In this document: positions 37,595 to 58,776 of the stretch, one piece after another
How positions within the stretch are numbered: the first letter of the stretch is position 1
Layout of the letters: each line of letters opens with the position of its first letter
Origin: Paraspadella gotoi
Taxonomy: Eukaryota; Animalia; Chaetognatha
Direction: 5' to 3'
DNA length: 64,000 bases
Assembly (NCBI GenBank): GCA_051294375.1
Contig: CM119268.1
Location: 13,027,770-13,091,769, forward strand
Made by a program: the position numbers and the translations under genes
Notes under the pieces: model-generated
The model's input: only the letters and a program-made list of their open reading frames with translations
What the model was told of the DNA's origin: nothing
Databases searched by the model: none

Positions 37595-39303
37595 CGCACA
37601 CACACACGAAATGAAAATGTGAGTGTGAGTTTCCAAATCTGCACGACATCCTCGCGATAAGAGAATCCTTTTTAGTCCCTTTAAAAAAATGAAATTTAAT
37701 TCCCAGTGACGCGAAATTTCTTTTTCCTTCAAAAACTCGAGTGAAAAATGAATTAAAAATAAAATTTAACGTTAAACTTTTGTTTTTGCTAACAAAATTT
37801 CTTGATAAGTTTATTAACTTCATCTCGTTTTAAAAAACTAAAAAAAATTGTATGAACCTTCCGTAATCTAGAATTTATTTATTTTATATATTATCAATTT
37901 GTTTTAACAATAAATATCTTTCTGACAAGAACGATATATATTGTATAATGACTAATAAGAAACCCGCAGCAGAAAGCATTCAATCCTTGTGTTGTATAGA
38001 TGGTCCCTTTATTTCCAAGCTGTAAAACGAACATCCCTCTCCCCATTCGTTATTAAGATTCTTATTTTCATAATATATCTAACATTTAATTTTAAAATAT
38101 AATTTAGCCTATCTAAAATGGTTTTGGTTGTACAAATTTCAAAATATACACAGTAGAACAAGTAATTTTTTAAAATTTTCATGTTATTTTTTACATATTG
38201 TAAGATGCACATTTGTTTTTTTTTAATTTCCAGACGCGCGTCGCGACGCCTTCCGTCGACAGAAGGAATATCTCGTCCAACTCGTCGCTCGCAAGTTGAT
38301 GAAGGAGAAGAAGAGAGAACCAGGTTTTCGAATGATCGATTCTCGCGAATGGCGTGGGAGATGGCGCAGCGCCATATAATCGATTGGCGTGAGAGATGGC
38401 GCAGCGCCATATTCTCGAATGGCGGGGGAAGATGGCGCAAAGCCATATTCTCGAATGGCGGGGGAATATGGCGCAGCGCCATGTTCTCGAATGGCGTGGG
38501 AGATGGCGCAGCGCAATATTCTCGAATGGCGGGGTAAGATGGCGCGGCGTTATCTTCTGGAATTGCGTAGTGCCATTTTGTCAAATTAGGGGCCACCATC
38601 TTTTCAAATGGCGTATCGTGATCTTTTAAAATGGCGCAGCGCCATCTTTTCGAATGGAGCGCCGCCGCCGCCGTGACATCAAAGGACCAAACATCATCGA
38701 TCAAATGACGACGAGTTAATGATGGCAGAAGCGTCGCCGACGAAAACAAGTCGAATCTGTCGGTGGCGCTGGCGGCGGCGGCGCTGGCGGCGGCGCTGGC
38801 GGCGGCGCTTTCGGTGCCGCTAGACTGGCTCACAAATCCAGACCCATCTCGACTTTACAGTCCAATCTAACAACCACCACCAATGCAAAACCTTTCACCA
38901 CTCTCTAAATATTATCCACCCACCACCAGAAAAATATTCACCCGCAAAATCACCGACACCTAGAGGCGACCGGAAATTCGGGGTCGCGCTGGCGAGGATG
39001 ACGTCAGCCGGCGTCTCGTTTTGACGTCAGAAGCGTGGGCGTTGCCGGCCGCGGCGGGGGCGGCGGCGGCGGGGGCGGCGGCGGCGGCGACCGCGACCTA
39101 GGACTCATCTTTTCTCTCTTTTTTAAACTTTTTTTTCTTTTTCGATTTTTGCTTTTTCTTTATTTAGACTCGAGTCTTTTTTCCTTCGATTCATTAAACA
39201 AAAGAAATTCCTTTTTTTTTATTTTCTTTTTTATTTCTTTTTCTTTCGATAATTATGCTCCCGTCACTCATTTTTTTGGTTCCGCCCACGTCATTCTTTT
39301 TCG

Positions 39304-39372
<69 letters not shown>

Positions 39373-41106
39373 CCCCCTTTCTCCCAATTACCTCCCATAT
39401 CTGACCCTCCCACTTTCTCCCTCCCCTTTTCTCTATTTCCCCCAGACGCCCCCTTCCGGAAGTCGATTTTCTCGCCACTGACGAACGACGCCGCCTGGGA
39501 CGTTGACGCGGCTTGGAGACGAAGCGAATACAAGGATCGATGGATTCGCGATTCCGGATTTCAACGTGAGAAGAGATGAGATGAGATGAGATGAGATGAG
39601 ATGAGATGAGATGAGATCGATCAAAAAACCAGAACCGATAAGTTGAAGGTGTTGCTTTAAATTTTTACCCGGCTTTTGCATATAATCACGTGACCGCACA
39701 AGTATTAAACATATGCACATTAAGTTTTTAATGGCACAAAATCTTTCTGCCAAGTATTATTCTAAACGATGCCGTATTAGGCGGGTAATGAACCTTTTTA
39801 AACATAAGTAGGACAGGCCAATAGACTGACCGACCGAGTAATCGAGGCGCAACTAAAAAAAAACCTTAACGGCACAGAAACTTTGTGATGAGTCATTTGT
39901 CATAAGCGCGAATGTGGAGGCGTCAAAACGACGAGCCTTTTCGTTCGGTGATTAATCAAGTTGGGAGAATTATTAAATTTACCTCTCCGTCTGTCTGTCT
40001 CTCTGTCTTCATCTCGTTTTCTCCGTCTCGGTTCTTTTTTCCTTCACTTCCATCAACTTCCATTTCTTAAAACAAAACCGAAACAATCGGAACTATAAGC
40101 ACCGGAGAAAAAAAGAAACAAATTCGAAACGAAACAAAAAACAAAACAGGAGATTTTAAGGAAAACTTTTAATGTTTTAATCCGTGGAGCGAAAAGTGGT
40201 TGAGCCTGTCTCTTGCAAACGATTGTTCTTCTTTGGAACGCGACACGAAACGACAAAAAAAAGGAAAGAAAAGCAGGGAAAAGAGAGAGAGAGACAAAAA
40301 AGGAAAGAAAAGAAAGGAAAAGAGAGAGAGAGACAAAAAAGGAAAGAAAAGAAAGGAAAAGAGAGAGAGAGACAAAAAAAAGGAAAGAAAAGAAAGGAAA
40401 AGAGAGAGAGAGACAAAAAAAATATTGACGATTGGGTCACGTGACCATATTTGTTCGTGGTTCCGTAATTATATAAGTATGAAAATTACGTACAACAAAC
40501 TTGTAGTAAAATCTTACATCTCTGACAAGAAAAACGCAACTAAAAAGGAATAAAAATTATAAAAAAAAATAGAAAAGAGAAGAAACAAAAAAACGAAAAG
40601 AAGAAAATATTGAGAAAAGAATAGGGTACAAGAAAGAGAAAGGCTGAGAATAGAAAAGAAAAAAGAGAAAAGAAGACAAATGAAGAGGAGAAAAGATAAA
40701 AGAAAAGAAAAAAAAAAAAAGAAAAGAAGAGGAATCCAAGAAGTGAGAAAGTCCTTTGAGACGCGAACTCCCTCTAGGTCGATGCCATCACAGCCGCCAT
40801 CATTGTAACTGACGGTGATTACTACTAATGTATTCCGTTAATGTTGCTGCTGCTCCCCGGCCTCGTTTTCGATTGTCCCCCCACCCGCCTCTCGACTTCT
40901 ACCCCCCCTCTCCACAGCCCCTTTTCTCGCAGTGAATGCCGGCGAACTGTGATCGGGGTTCGCCGGAGGGCGGATGGGGTGTTGGCGAATCCGGTTCGAA
41001 GCGGCGGGTTTAATGGTTCAAGATTTATGCGGCCTAGACTCGCAGAATGTGAGCAAGATCAACAATGACCCAAATGGATTGTAAAAAGAATCATGAAAAT
41101 AGGGTG

Positions 41107-41146
<40 letters not shown>

Positions 41147-41436
41147 TCTCTGTCTCTCTCTGTCTCTTTTATTTTCCCTTTTTTCTTTTTAATTATTCCT
41201 TTCACTCTTACTTCCGCTTTAATTTTTTTCTTTCTTCCCTTTCTTCCCTTTCCTTTTTTGTTTCACTTATAATTTTTTCTCACTTAGTTCAATTAACTTT
41301 TTTCTCTCCTCTCTTCCCATCTTCCTTTCTATACTTTCTCTTTCCATTACTTCCTCCTTCATCCCTTCCTTCTTTTCCTCTTCTTTTTTCTCCCTTATCT
41401 CATCCCTCCCTTTTTTCATTCTTCCCTTCCTCCTCC

Positions 41437-41850
41437 GCTGGCGATTTCCTGCAAAAAGCACCAAAATTGGGCCAACGTGATTCTCGTCTCGTTTGTCCAT
41501 CAAAACTCAACCGCCTGGCCGAGTTGGGCAAACAAAACATGCCATCTGGCTCCAAGGAACACGACTGAATCTAGAAGACTTCGCTTCAGCTACTGATTGC
41601 CTATTAGACCGGCCAGTGGCAGTCAGCCAACCTGCTTCGATTTCCTAACTTTATAATCCACATCAGACCAACTTCCTTTTTTTTCCACAAGACTTCAGTT
41701 TCTGCTTGAACGAGACCTGCTGGCCTTTCTAGAAAACTCTTGCTTCACTCCGTCGCTTTCTGTCAAATTTTATGGCTTCCTTTCATTGAGATGACTACTA
41801 ACCATTCTCTTACAGATATATCACCCTGTTATAATGTTCCTGATCAACTC
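41437..41850 (+). mobile_element. Possible decayed non-LTR retrotransposon AP-endonuclease fragment; inverted copies at ~31585-31990 and ~53510-53950
   Basis: Across frames: AGDF, KHAIW, GTRLNLEDFASATDCLL...QPTCF, DFSFC and YHPVI. This resembles the GDFN..H..W / G..L.DF / PT.F / IDL / SDH.PI motif order of LINE endonucleases. Heavily degenerate. Confidence 0.35.
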
Positions 41851-42307
41851 TCGTCACAATTTATGCTTATCTAATTTCATATTTCATAATTCGCCATTAA
41901 CAAGCAAGCACAAGCTTGACGGCCGAATTAATTGACGCAGAGTCTTGATGCCATAACCAAGTAAATTTGATGCCCTTTTTTGTTAAGGCGGCGAATCAAA
42001 AGAGAATCAGAGGATTTAAAGCCGAGTGGAATTTTAAAAAGGAGAGAAAAAGGACGACGATCATGACGACGACGAAAACGACGACGACGACCACAAATAC
42101 CATTGAAATATTTTTATGTCCTCAGGATTTTATTGCGAGACTTTTTTTTCCTTCCACTAAAGCTTGAATAGGGAGACAACGAGGCTGGCTCCACGAAATA
42201 TTTTGTGGCCCGCGATTTCCGCACAGGTTTCGGCGCTTTAACGACTGGTGTTTCTTTCTTATTTTATTGTGAGAGAGAGAGAGAGAGAGAGACAAAGAGA
42301 GGGAGAG

Positions 42308-42350
<43 letters not shown>

Positions 42351-43424
42351 CTCAGAATAGAAAGAAAGAGCAAGAGAATGATACTTTAAACAAGCGAAAC
42401 CTTTCGACCCTTTATATATATTCTAAATCGAGAGTTTGCCCGTTCCACTCCCTCTAAAAAACGTTTCAATCTCGTTCTCTAGCTCGCCTTTACTCCTTTC
42501 TATTTTTTTCGAGTCGGCTTTATGCACCATAATCATATTTTTTTTCTTTAAAAAATGGTCGAAGTCCATTAGTGACTCAGTCGACATTTTTTATTCCATC
42601 CAGTCTCACACTTAGAGACGCAGACAGAAGACGAACCAGTGGCTACGCCAAAGCATGTAAATCACTTTCAAAGACTTAAACTGAACTGTTACTGTAGTAC
42701 TAATAACATTTTGCTACTTGTAAAAATATTTCATAAATAAAAATAATATTATTTTTGTTTCAATATATTATATATGATTAAAATGCTTTGATCAATACAT
42801 AGAATAAGAAATAGAATAAAATAAAATAGAATAAAAAAAATACTTGTTAAAAATTATCAAAACATTTTTTTAAAAGATTTTAAATAATAATAATTTTCAA
42901 AAAAATTGCTATTTTGTATAGTATAGTAGGACTGTTCTTTAGTTTCAGAAAAAAAGATTAAAACCTCTGGTGGATATACTTAATATACTTAATACATTTA
43001 ATACTTAAACTAAATTTTATTGTTATTTTGTTTTTCAAAATGCTCTTTTGTTTTTAGAAAATTACTATTTTGTGTAAAACAATGCTAGTGAAGATCATGT
43101 GGGCGCAGACAGAAGAGCAAATTTCTATAGAAAATAAAGGGAAAATGCTAATAGTGGAGAAAGTAAGAGACGAATCCTCCTAGTAAAAAGGAAAAATTAT
43201 ATAGACGGAAAAATTAAAAAAAAAATGTACAATTTCAGGGGTTAAGTAAATCACTAAAGTGATTTACAATTTTCAGGGAGAAATCTCTCTCGGCCCCGTT
43301 CCGGAGAGAACGGTCTTCGAGATGGAGAATTTCAACTTAAAATTTGTGAGATACTTTAAATGATTGATTGATTGATTGATGCTAAATGTCTATTCATTCT
43401 TTTATTTATTAATTATTTTTTATT

Positions 43425-43435
43425 AATTAATTTGT

Positions 43436-43518
<83 letters not shown>

Positions 43519-43519
43519 C

Positions 43520-43570
<51 letters not shown>

Positions 43571-43600
43571 TTCATTATTTATTTATCTATTTAAAAATTC
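43425..43600. repeat. (TTTA)n microsatellite; inverted noisy copy at ~51740-51950
   Basis: Directly visible; gives the spurious (YLFI)n ORFs. Confidence 0.95.
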
Positions 43601-43773
43601 ATTTATTAATCATTCATTCGGTTCCAGTGTCGAAGGGTCGTTGTTCCCGATTAGGAATCAAAAGTTGAAAGTTGAAAGGCATTCGTCATTACGTATGTAT
43701 TGTTGCTTGACGGGGATAAACGTTATTGATGCAGAAAAAAGGCGTTGACTGACGAAGACGAGGAAACGGGAGA

Positions 43774-43855
<82 letters not shown>

Positions 43856-44104
43856 TTGAATGCTTTTTAGTTTCGTTGCGTCAGCAGATCGCGCCTCGTG
43901 AAGGTCATCGTGAAAGACTTTCTTTCGAATGATGGTGAAACGACTGGCTGTCTTCAATTCGTCGGATAAGAGAGAGATGGAGAAGGCGACAGAAGAGAGA
44001 GAGAGAGTGAGAGGGAGTGAGGAAAAAAAAATGTAAAATAAAAGCGGGAAAAAAAAGAGGCGAGCGAAATAAATCTAGAGAAGAAAAAAGAGGGAGAGTT
44101 AGGA

Positions 44105-44171
<67 letters not shown>

Positions 44172-44557
44172 GAAAATATGAAACGCTCTTTGCTATATAA
44201 GTCGCGTATATGTTGAGGCATATATGTTTTTTTTTCGACGCAAAGACTTATGTTTTATAACACCGAATAAACCATGAGTTAACAATTTCTCGGTGCAAAG
44301 TGTCCTCGTCGTTAAAAGCGCCGAATAAAATCTGATGGTGATTCTCGCTCCATAAAAGGAAAAAAAAAAGGTTTTGTAAAAAAAAAAAGAAAAAAAAGAA
44401 ACAAACTTTCTCTCTGAGAAGTAATAATTCATCAATTCGCTACGAGCTTTATTTCCCTATCAGATCCTTCAGAAAATCATTACTTTTTTATTTTATTTTT
44501 TTTCTCCTCACTCTGTTTCATCCTTTTTTTTCAAATTCCATTCATTTTTCTTTTTTC

Positions 44558-44604
<47 letters not shown>

Positions 44605-45650
44605 TCTCTCTCTCTGCCTCTCTCTCTCTCTCTCTCTCTCTTCTCTTCATCCTCCGCCTTTTATGGCCTCTCGCGCGCGCGGGAAAAAAAAAGTTTGATA
44701 AAGAATCGATGAAGATCCGCTGATGCAAAGAACTAGTGGATGACAAGAGAGCAGGGAAGCGATTAATGTTAATGAGTCGGCAAATTGGCTAATATATATT
44801 CCATTACTCTTCGAATCGCCGAAAAAAACAATTTTGATTCCTGGCTCAAACGGGAGAGAGCCGGCGATTGAGGGGGGGGGCGGCAGACGCGGCTGGGTTT
44901 AATTAGAAAGACAAGGACGAAATAATTAAATGAATTAAAGGAAAAGAAACTGTGCAGGTCTTGGTTTCCAAATTTTAAGGAGTCAAGAAGAAATCTAGTG
45001 TCAAACAATTTTTTCTAGTTAAGATTTAAAAAATTTAAAGACTAGTTTGAATGATTGTTCGTTGGATACATACTGATTCTTTCAAAAACTTTTCTTTATT
45101 GTCTTTTGTTTTCAGCTTCTATTTTTTCCCGCTCCGGCCTGGCTTCCGCTCCGCTCGGCTCCAATAAAGTCGTGGGGCTTCGTCCCCGTTCGCTCCCACG
45201 CCTTCGTTTTCTACTGGCTGCTGCGGTCGCAACGCGGCCGCACCGACGCTGTTGCTGTGGCTGCAAGGTGAGGGCGCTGCTGTTGTCCGCTGCTGTTGTG
45301 GTTGTATTTGGAGAGTTGCAGAATTAAGAACTAAATGAAAATTTAAACAAGCCTCTCACAAATAATCCAAGCAGTAAAGTTGACGTGTTTGTGACTGTAT
45401 TTCCAGTTCTTATTGAAAACATCAACAACAAATAAAGAAGATAGAGAAAATTGTCAGGAAGTCCAATGGAAATAAGAAGAAAACATTTTCTTTTTTCTTT
45501 CGCCAAAAAAAAAAGGAGTTTAAGAATTCCTAATTCTCCAGGGAAATCATTAAGAAAACCAAAACACTCTGTCATTCCCAGAAACAGGATGTGTTTCTTG
45601 ACTCTCTTCTCTGGTCTCTCTCTCTCTTACTCTCTCTCTCTCTCTCTCTC

Positions 45651-45697
<47 letters not shown>

Positions 45698-47564
45698 CTC
45701 TCTCTCTCTTTTTTTTCCTGTTTATAGAATCTCGAACTTATACCTTGCGTATTATGCCGCCGGTAGCCTCCTGAGCCTAAAGCTAATAGGCCTATGTTCG
45801 TATCCGTTAATTCATTCATTCATTCATTCATTGTCTCTATCCTGTCTCTCTTTTCAAGTCTCCTTCTTTCTCTTTTCTCCTTCTCTCTCCAAACCCTACG
45901 CGCTCTCATTCCGTGGAGGATATTGCTCCGAAAAGAAAAATTAATCCAAAATTTCCATTTGGATATTTCTCAGTGCCTACAGTTCCGTGGTTAAACACCT
46001 CGTGTTCTGTAGTACATTAATGGCTCTTGGGCCGAACTAAAGCGAAAAAAGAGAGAAAGGAGAGAGAGAAGAGAGAGAAGATGAGAGGAGGGAGACAGAG
46101 AGCAGAGAGAGAGAGATTCTTAAGTATGGGGTAAAAGAAAGAGAGAGAGGAAAGAGAGAATAAGAGAGAGTAAAAAGAAGAGAGTCTCTCAGTATAGCGA
46201 GTAAAAGGCCCCGAATTTTCGGTATGTGCCGTCTTCGCCGACTTATTGCGAAAGAGTCTTGTTGTTCTCCAACGCAAAAATCTTCGCGAAGCCATTTCAC
46301 GACGACGACTCTGCCGAGGACGAAAAGACAAACCATGAGCGACGACGATGACAAGGCGAAGGCGAACGACGACGACGACGAAAACGAACGAATCATGAAT
46401 GAGATGACAACTATGGGAACAACGAAACGAGCAACGACGAAAGACAACCACGAAACACGACTAGACTACGAACGACTCAAAATGAACAATCATAGAATAA
46501 ATATGAAGACGAAGAAATGATGACCGGAAAATGACAGAAGAAGTTGATCGGTGAAAGGATATCAACGAACGATAATGATGACAAAAAAAAATGACCAATT
46601 CCTGATGAGAGAGACCGCAAATGATGAAAACTGAGGAACGACCAGCCGACGAAAGACGGACGACACGACGAACGACGAACCAACGACGACAGACGACAAC
46701 GACGAAGACGACGAAACAGGCACGACGAAGACGATAAAACGGATAACGACTTCAAATACTAAGGATTCAAGTTCAAGAGATCATGGAGATAAAGTAAGTG
46801 GAAAAGGGTGGGCGGAGTTACATTACGACTGTTAGGAAAATATGACTTATGCCTAACCGAATCTAATGATTTCTTTATATAAATTAGAGTGATGCTCTTT
46901 TGTCAGTTGTGATCTCCTCAATTGACCGCTCACTTCCTAGTTAGTTTGGTACAGTTAAGTGATATAGTGTGGGTCATCATGTAGATTCCCAATTGTCAAG
47001 GTGGAATCAACTTGGCCTTTGAACTTTTTTTTGTAGTTTGAAAATCAGTATTTTCATAATTTGTTGAGAGTTGGCGGTTTTTGAGTAAGAGCACCTATTT
47101 GCTGGCTTCAGAATACAAGGTGAGATTATTTATCAAATTCTTTAGTTCTAATTTTAATGCCGAATTTCAACAATGGTTATTAGCTTTATTTTTATTTTTT
47201 TGCTTCTATTATTCTTTACCTCACTCCCGTCGTTGGTTAATTAAGTCTTATGATTTTATAATCATAGAGAGAGAGCGAGAGAGCGAGAAAGAGAGAGAGA
47301 AAAGATAAGAGAGCCAGAGAGTGAGAGCGCGAGCACACTAAGCAAAATAAAATATAAAAATACACAACGCGAATTTGTGAAAATTCGATTACTGATTTTA
47401 ATGCAGTGAAAAATCTTTTTTTTTTTTCCTAAACTCAAATGAAAGACGCATTTTTAGGTGGACCCGGCGGCTCCTCCTCCGCTTCGGAAATTTCCATCTC
47501 ATCGGACCAATCAGGGAGAATCTCAAGCCAAATCCCGGGAGTGATTTCCTCCAATTCAATATTT

Positions 47565-47850
47565 GGCACTCTTTTCCGAAAGCGCCTCGTTTCTCTTCCT
47601 AATCCATGAACTTAATTTAAATCAAATATTTAATAAGTTAAACCTGATCTTTAACCCAATTAACGCATAACTTAATCCCTAATCTCTAACCTAACCCTAA
47701 CCATAAATACAAAAATCCCTAATTCTAACCCCTAATTCTAACCTTTTTCCCTAACCTTTAACTAAATTTTTATATTTAAAAATTGATTTAATTTAATCTT
47801 AATTTTATTTTATTATTCTGAATTGGAGCACTTTTGGAAAAATACGGCTC
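47565..47850. mobile_element. Small MITE-like element with imperfect terminal IRs enclosing degenerate CCCTAA/CCTAAC repeats; copy at ~58197-58482
   Basis: Left cttttccgaaagcgcctc resembles the reverse complement of right ggagcacttttggaaaaa (tttttccaaaagtgctcc). Interior taaccctaaccata...ccctaattctaacccctaa. Confidence 0.4.
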
Positions 47851-48000
47851 AATTTATTGTAGTCACTTTTTTTTTTTTCGAACTTTTCAGTTCCGAGTTT
47901 CGTTTCAAAGAAATATTCATAATAATAATATTATTATTATTAATAATAATATTATAATTATTAATAAATAATTATNNNNNNNNNNNNNNNNNNNNNNNNN

Positions 48001-48407
48001 GAGAGAGAGAGAGAGAGAGAGAGTTGATAAAATATGAAACGCTCTTTGCTATATAGTCGCGTATATGTTGAGGCATATATGTTTTTTTTTCGACGCAAAG
48101 ACTTATCGTTTTATAACCCGAATAAACCATGAGTTAACATTTCTCGGTGCAAGTGTCCTCGTCGTTAAAAGCGCCGAATAAAATCTGATGGTGATTCTCG
48201 CTCCATAAAAGGAAAAAAAAAGGTTTGTAAAAAAAAAAAAGAAAAAAAGAAACAACTTTCTCTCTGAGAAGTAATAATTCATCAATTCGCTACGAGCTTA
48301 ATTTTCCCTATCAGATCCTTCAGAAAATCATTACTTTTTTTATTTTATAAATTTTTTCTCCTCACTCTGTTCATCCTTTTTTCAATTCCATTCATTTTTC
48401 TTTTTTC

Positions 48408-48506
<99 letters not shown>

Positions 48507-49467
48507 CCTTCATCCTCCGCCTTTTATGGCCTCTCGCGCGCGCGGGAAAAAAAAAGTTTGATAAAGAATCGATGAAGATCCGCTGATGCAAGAAACTAGT
48601 GGATGACTAGAGGAGCAGGGAAAGCGATTAATGTTTAATGAGTCGGCAAATTGGCTAATATATATTCCATTACTCTTCGAATCGCGAAAAAAACAATTTT
48701 GATTCCTGGCTCAAACGGGAGAGAGCCGGCGATTGAGGGGGGGGGGCAGACGCGGCTGGTTTAATTAGAAAGACAAGGACGAATAATTAAATGAATTAAA
48801 GGAAAAGAAACTGTGCAGGTCTTGGTTTCCAAATTTTAAGGAGTCAAGAAGAAATCTATGGTCAAACAATTTTTTCTAGTTAAGATTTAAAAAAAAATTT
48901 TACTGATTTTTTTGCTTATATGATAGTCCCTGCGAGGGAACTCAACATTCTTTATTGTCTATTGTCTTTTGTTTTCAGCTTCTATTTTTTCCCGCTCCGG
49001 CGCTGGCTTCGCTCCGCTCGGCTCCAATCAGTCGTGGGGCTTCGTCCCCGTTCGCTCCCACGCCTTCGTTTTCTACTGGCTGCTGCGGTCAACGCGGCCG
49101 CACCGACCGCTGTTGCTGTGGCTGCAAGGTGAGGGCGCTGCTGTTGTCCGCTGCTGTTGTGGTTGTATTTGAGAGTTGCAGAATTAAGAACTATAAAAAA
49201 TTTTAAACAAGCACTCACAAATATCCAACAGTAAAGTTGACTGTCTTTGACTGTATTTCCAGTTCTTTGAAAAATCAACCAAATAACGAGAAGAAAATTG
49301 TCAGGAATGTCCATAGAAATAAAGAAAACATTTTCTTTTTTCTTTCGCCAAAAAAAAAAGGAGTTTAAGAATTCTAATTCTCCAGAAATCATTAAGAAAC
49401 CAAAACACTCTGTCATTCCCAGAAACAGATTGTTTCTTGACTCTCTCTCTCTCTCTCTCTCTCTCTC
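48001..49467 (+). repeat. Direct duplicate of ~44150-45630, bounded by two 25-N gaps
   Basis: Collinear near-identity (aatatgaaacgctctttgctata ... ccaaaacactctgtcattcccagaaacag) with scattered indels. Confidence 0.95.
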
Positions 49468-49492
49468 NNNNNNNNNNNNNNNNNNNNNNNNN

Positions 49493-56422
<6,930 letters not shown>

Positions 56423-56427
<5 letters not shown>

Positions 56428-58605
56428 TATTATGCCGCCGGTAGCCTGCCTGAGCCTAAAGCCTAATAGGCCTATGTTCGTATCCGTTAATTCATTCATT
56501 CATTCATTCATTGTCTCTATCTCTGTCTCTCTTTTCAAGTCTCCTTCTTTCTCTTTTCTCCTCTCTCTCCAAACCCCTACGCGCTCATTCCGTGGAGGAT
56601 ATTGCCCCGAAAGAAAAATTAATCCAAAATTCCATTTGGATATTTCTCAGTGCTACAGTTCGTGGTTAAACACTCGTGTTCTGTAGTACATTAATGCTCT
56701 TGGCGCACTAAAGCGAAAAAGAGAAAGAGAGAGAGAGTAAGAGAGAGAGTGAGAGGAGGAGACAGAGAGAGATAGAGATTCTTAAGTATGGAGAGTAAAA
56801 GAAAGAGAGAGAGAAAGAGAGTATAAGAGAGAGTAAAAGAGAGAGTCTCTCAAGTATAGCGAGTAAAAGGCCCCGAATTTTCGGTATGTGCCGTCTTCGC
56901 CGACTTATTGCGAAAGAGTCTTGTTGTTCTCCAACGCAAAAATCTTCCGAGCCATTTCACGACGACGACTCTGCCGACGACGAAAAAGACAACCATGAGC
57001 GACGACGATGACAAGGGCGAAGGCGAACGACGACGACGACGAAAACGACGATCATGAATGAAGATGACAACTATGAGGACAACGACGACGACGACGAAAA
57101 AGACAACCACGAACTACAAAGACGACTTCGACGACTTCGACGACGACTAAATGAACAATCATGAATAAATATGAAGACGAAGAAAATGATGACCGGAAAT
57201 GACAGAGAAGTTGACGGTGAAAAGGATATCAACGAACGATAATGATGACAAAAAAATGACAATCCTGATTGAGAGAGACCAAAATGATGAAAACTGAGGA
57301 ACGACCAAGCCGACGACAACGACGAAGACGACAACGACGACGACGACAACGACGACAACGACGACAACGACGAAGACGATAAAACGGATAACGACTTCAA
57401 ATACGAGGATTCAAGTCAAGAGATCATGAAGGATAAGTAAGTGGAAAAGGGTGGGCGGAGTTACATTACGACTGTTATGAAAATATGACTTATGCCTAAC
57501 CGGAATCTAATGATTTCTTTATATAATTAGAGATGCTCTTTTGTCAGTTGTGATCTGCCTCAATGACCGCTCACTTCCCTAGTTAGTTTGGTAAGTTAGT
57601 GATATGAGTGTGGGTTCATTGTAGATTCCCAATTGTCAAGGTGGAATCAACTTGGCCTTTGAACTTTTTTTGTAGTTTGGAAAATCAGATATTTTCATAA
57701 TTTGTTGAGAGTTGGCGGTTTTTGAGCTAGAGCACCTATTTGCTGGCTTCAGATACAAGGTGAGATTATTATCAAATTCTTTAGTTCTAATTTTAATGCC
57801 GAATTTTCATACAATGGTTATTAGCTTTATTTTTATTTTTTGCTTCTATTTATTCTTTACCTCACCCCGTCGTTGTTAATTAAGTCTTATGATTTATAAT
57901 CATAGAGAGAGAGCGAGAGAGCGAGAAAGAGAGAGAGAAAGATAAAGAGAGCCAGAGAGTGAGAGCGCGAGCACACTAAGCAAAATAAAATATAAAAATA
58001 CACAACCGAATTGTGAAATTCGATTACTGATTTTATGCAGTGAAAAGTTTTTTTTTTTTCCTAACTCAATGAAAGACGCATTTTTAGGTGGACCCGGCGG
58101 CTCCTCCTCAGGCTTCGGAAATTTCCATCTCATCGGACCAATCAGGGAGAATCTCAAGCCAAATCCCGGGAGGTGATTTCCTCCAATTCAATATTTGGCA
58201 CTCTTTTCCGAAAGCGCCTCGTTTCTCTTCCTAATCCATGAACTTAATTTTAAATCAAATATTTAATAAGTTAAACCCTGATCTTTAACCCAATTAACCA
58301 TAACATAATCCCTAATCTCTAACCCTAACCCCTAACCATAAATACAAATCCCTAATTCTAACCCTAATTCTAACCCTTTTCCCTAACCTTTAACTAAATT
58401 TTTATATTTAAAAATTGATTTAATTTAATCTTAATTTTATTTTATTTATTCTGAATTGGAGCACTTTTGGAAAATACGGCTCAATTTATTGTAGTCACTT
58501 TTTTTTTCGAACTTTTTCAGTTCCGAGTTTCGTTTCAAAGAAATATTCATAATAATAATATTATTATTATTAATAATAATATTAATAATTATTAATAATA
58601 TTAAT
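56423..58605 (+). repeat. Direct duplicate of ~45745-47975
   Basis: Starts ttgcgtattatgccgccggtagcc as at 45745; ends caaagaaatattcataataataatattattatt as at ~47905-47975. Confidence 0.95.
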
Positions 58606-58701
58606 ATTCACGAATTAGTTGGTTGGACGACGTCAACATTTTGTTCATCGACGCTCCCGTCGGATCTGGCTTCAGTTTCGTCACCGACGTCTCTGGTGAG
58701 A

Positions 58702-58776
<75 letters not shown>

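Noticed and set aside
38009-38833. 274-aa ORF with PPPFENMALRH repeats
   Set aside because: It runs through the 35-bp minisatellite. The mirrored copy (35438-36005) breaks frame differently, and there is no recognisable domain.
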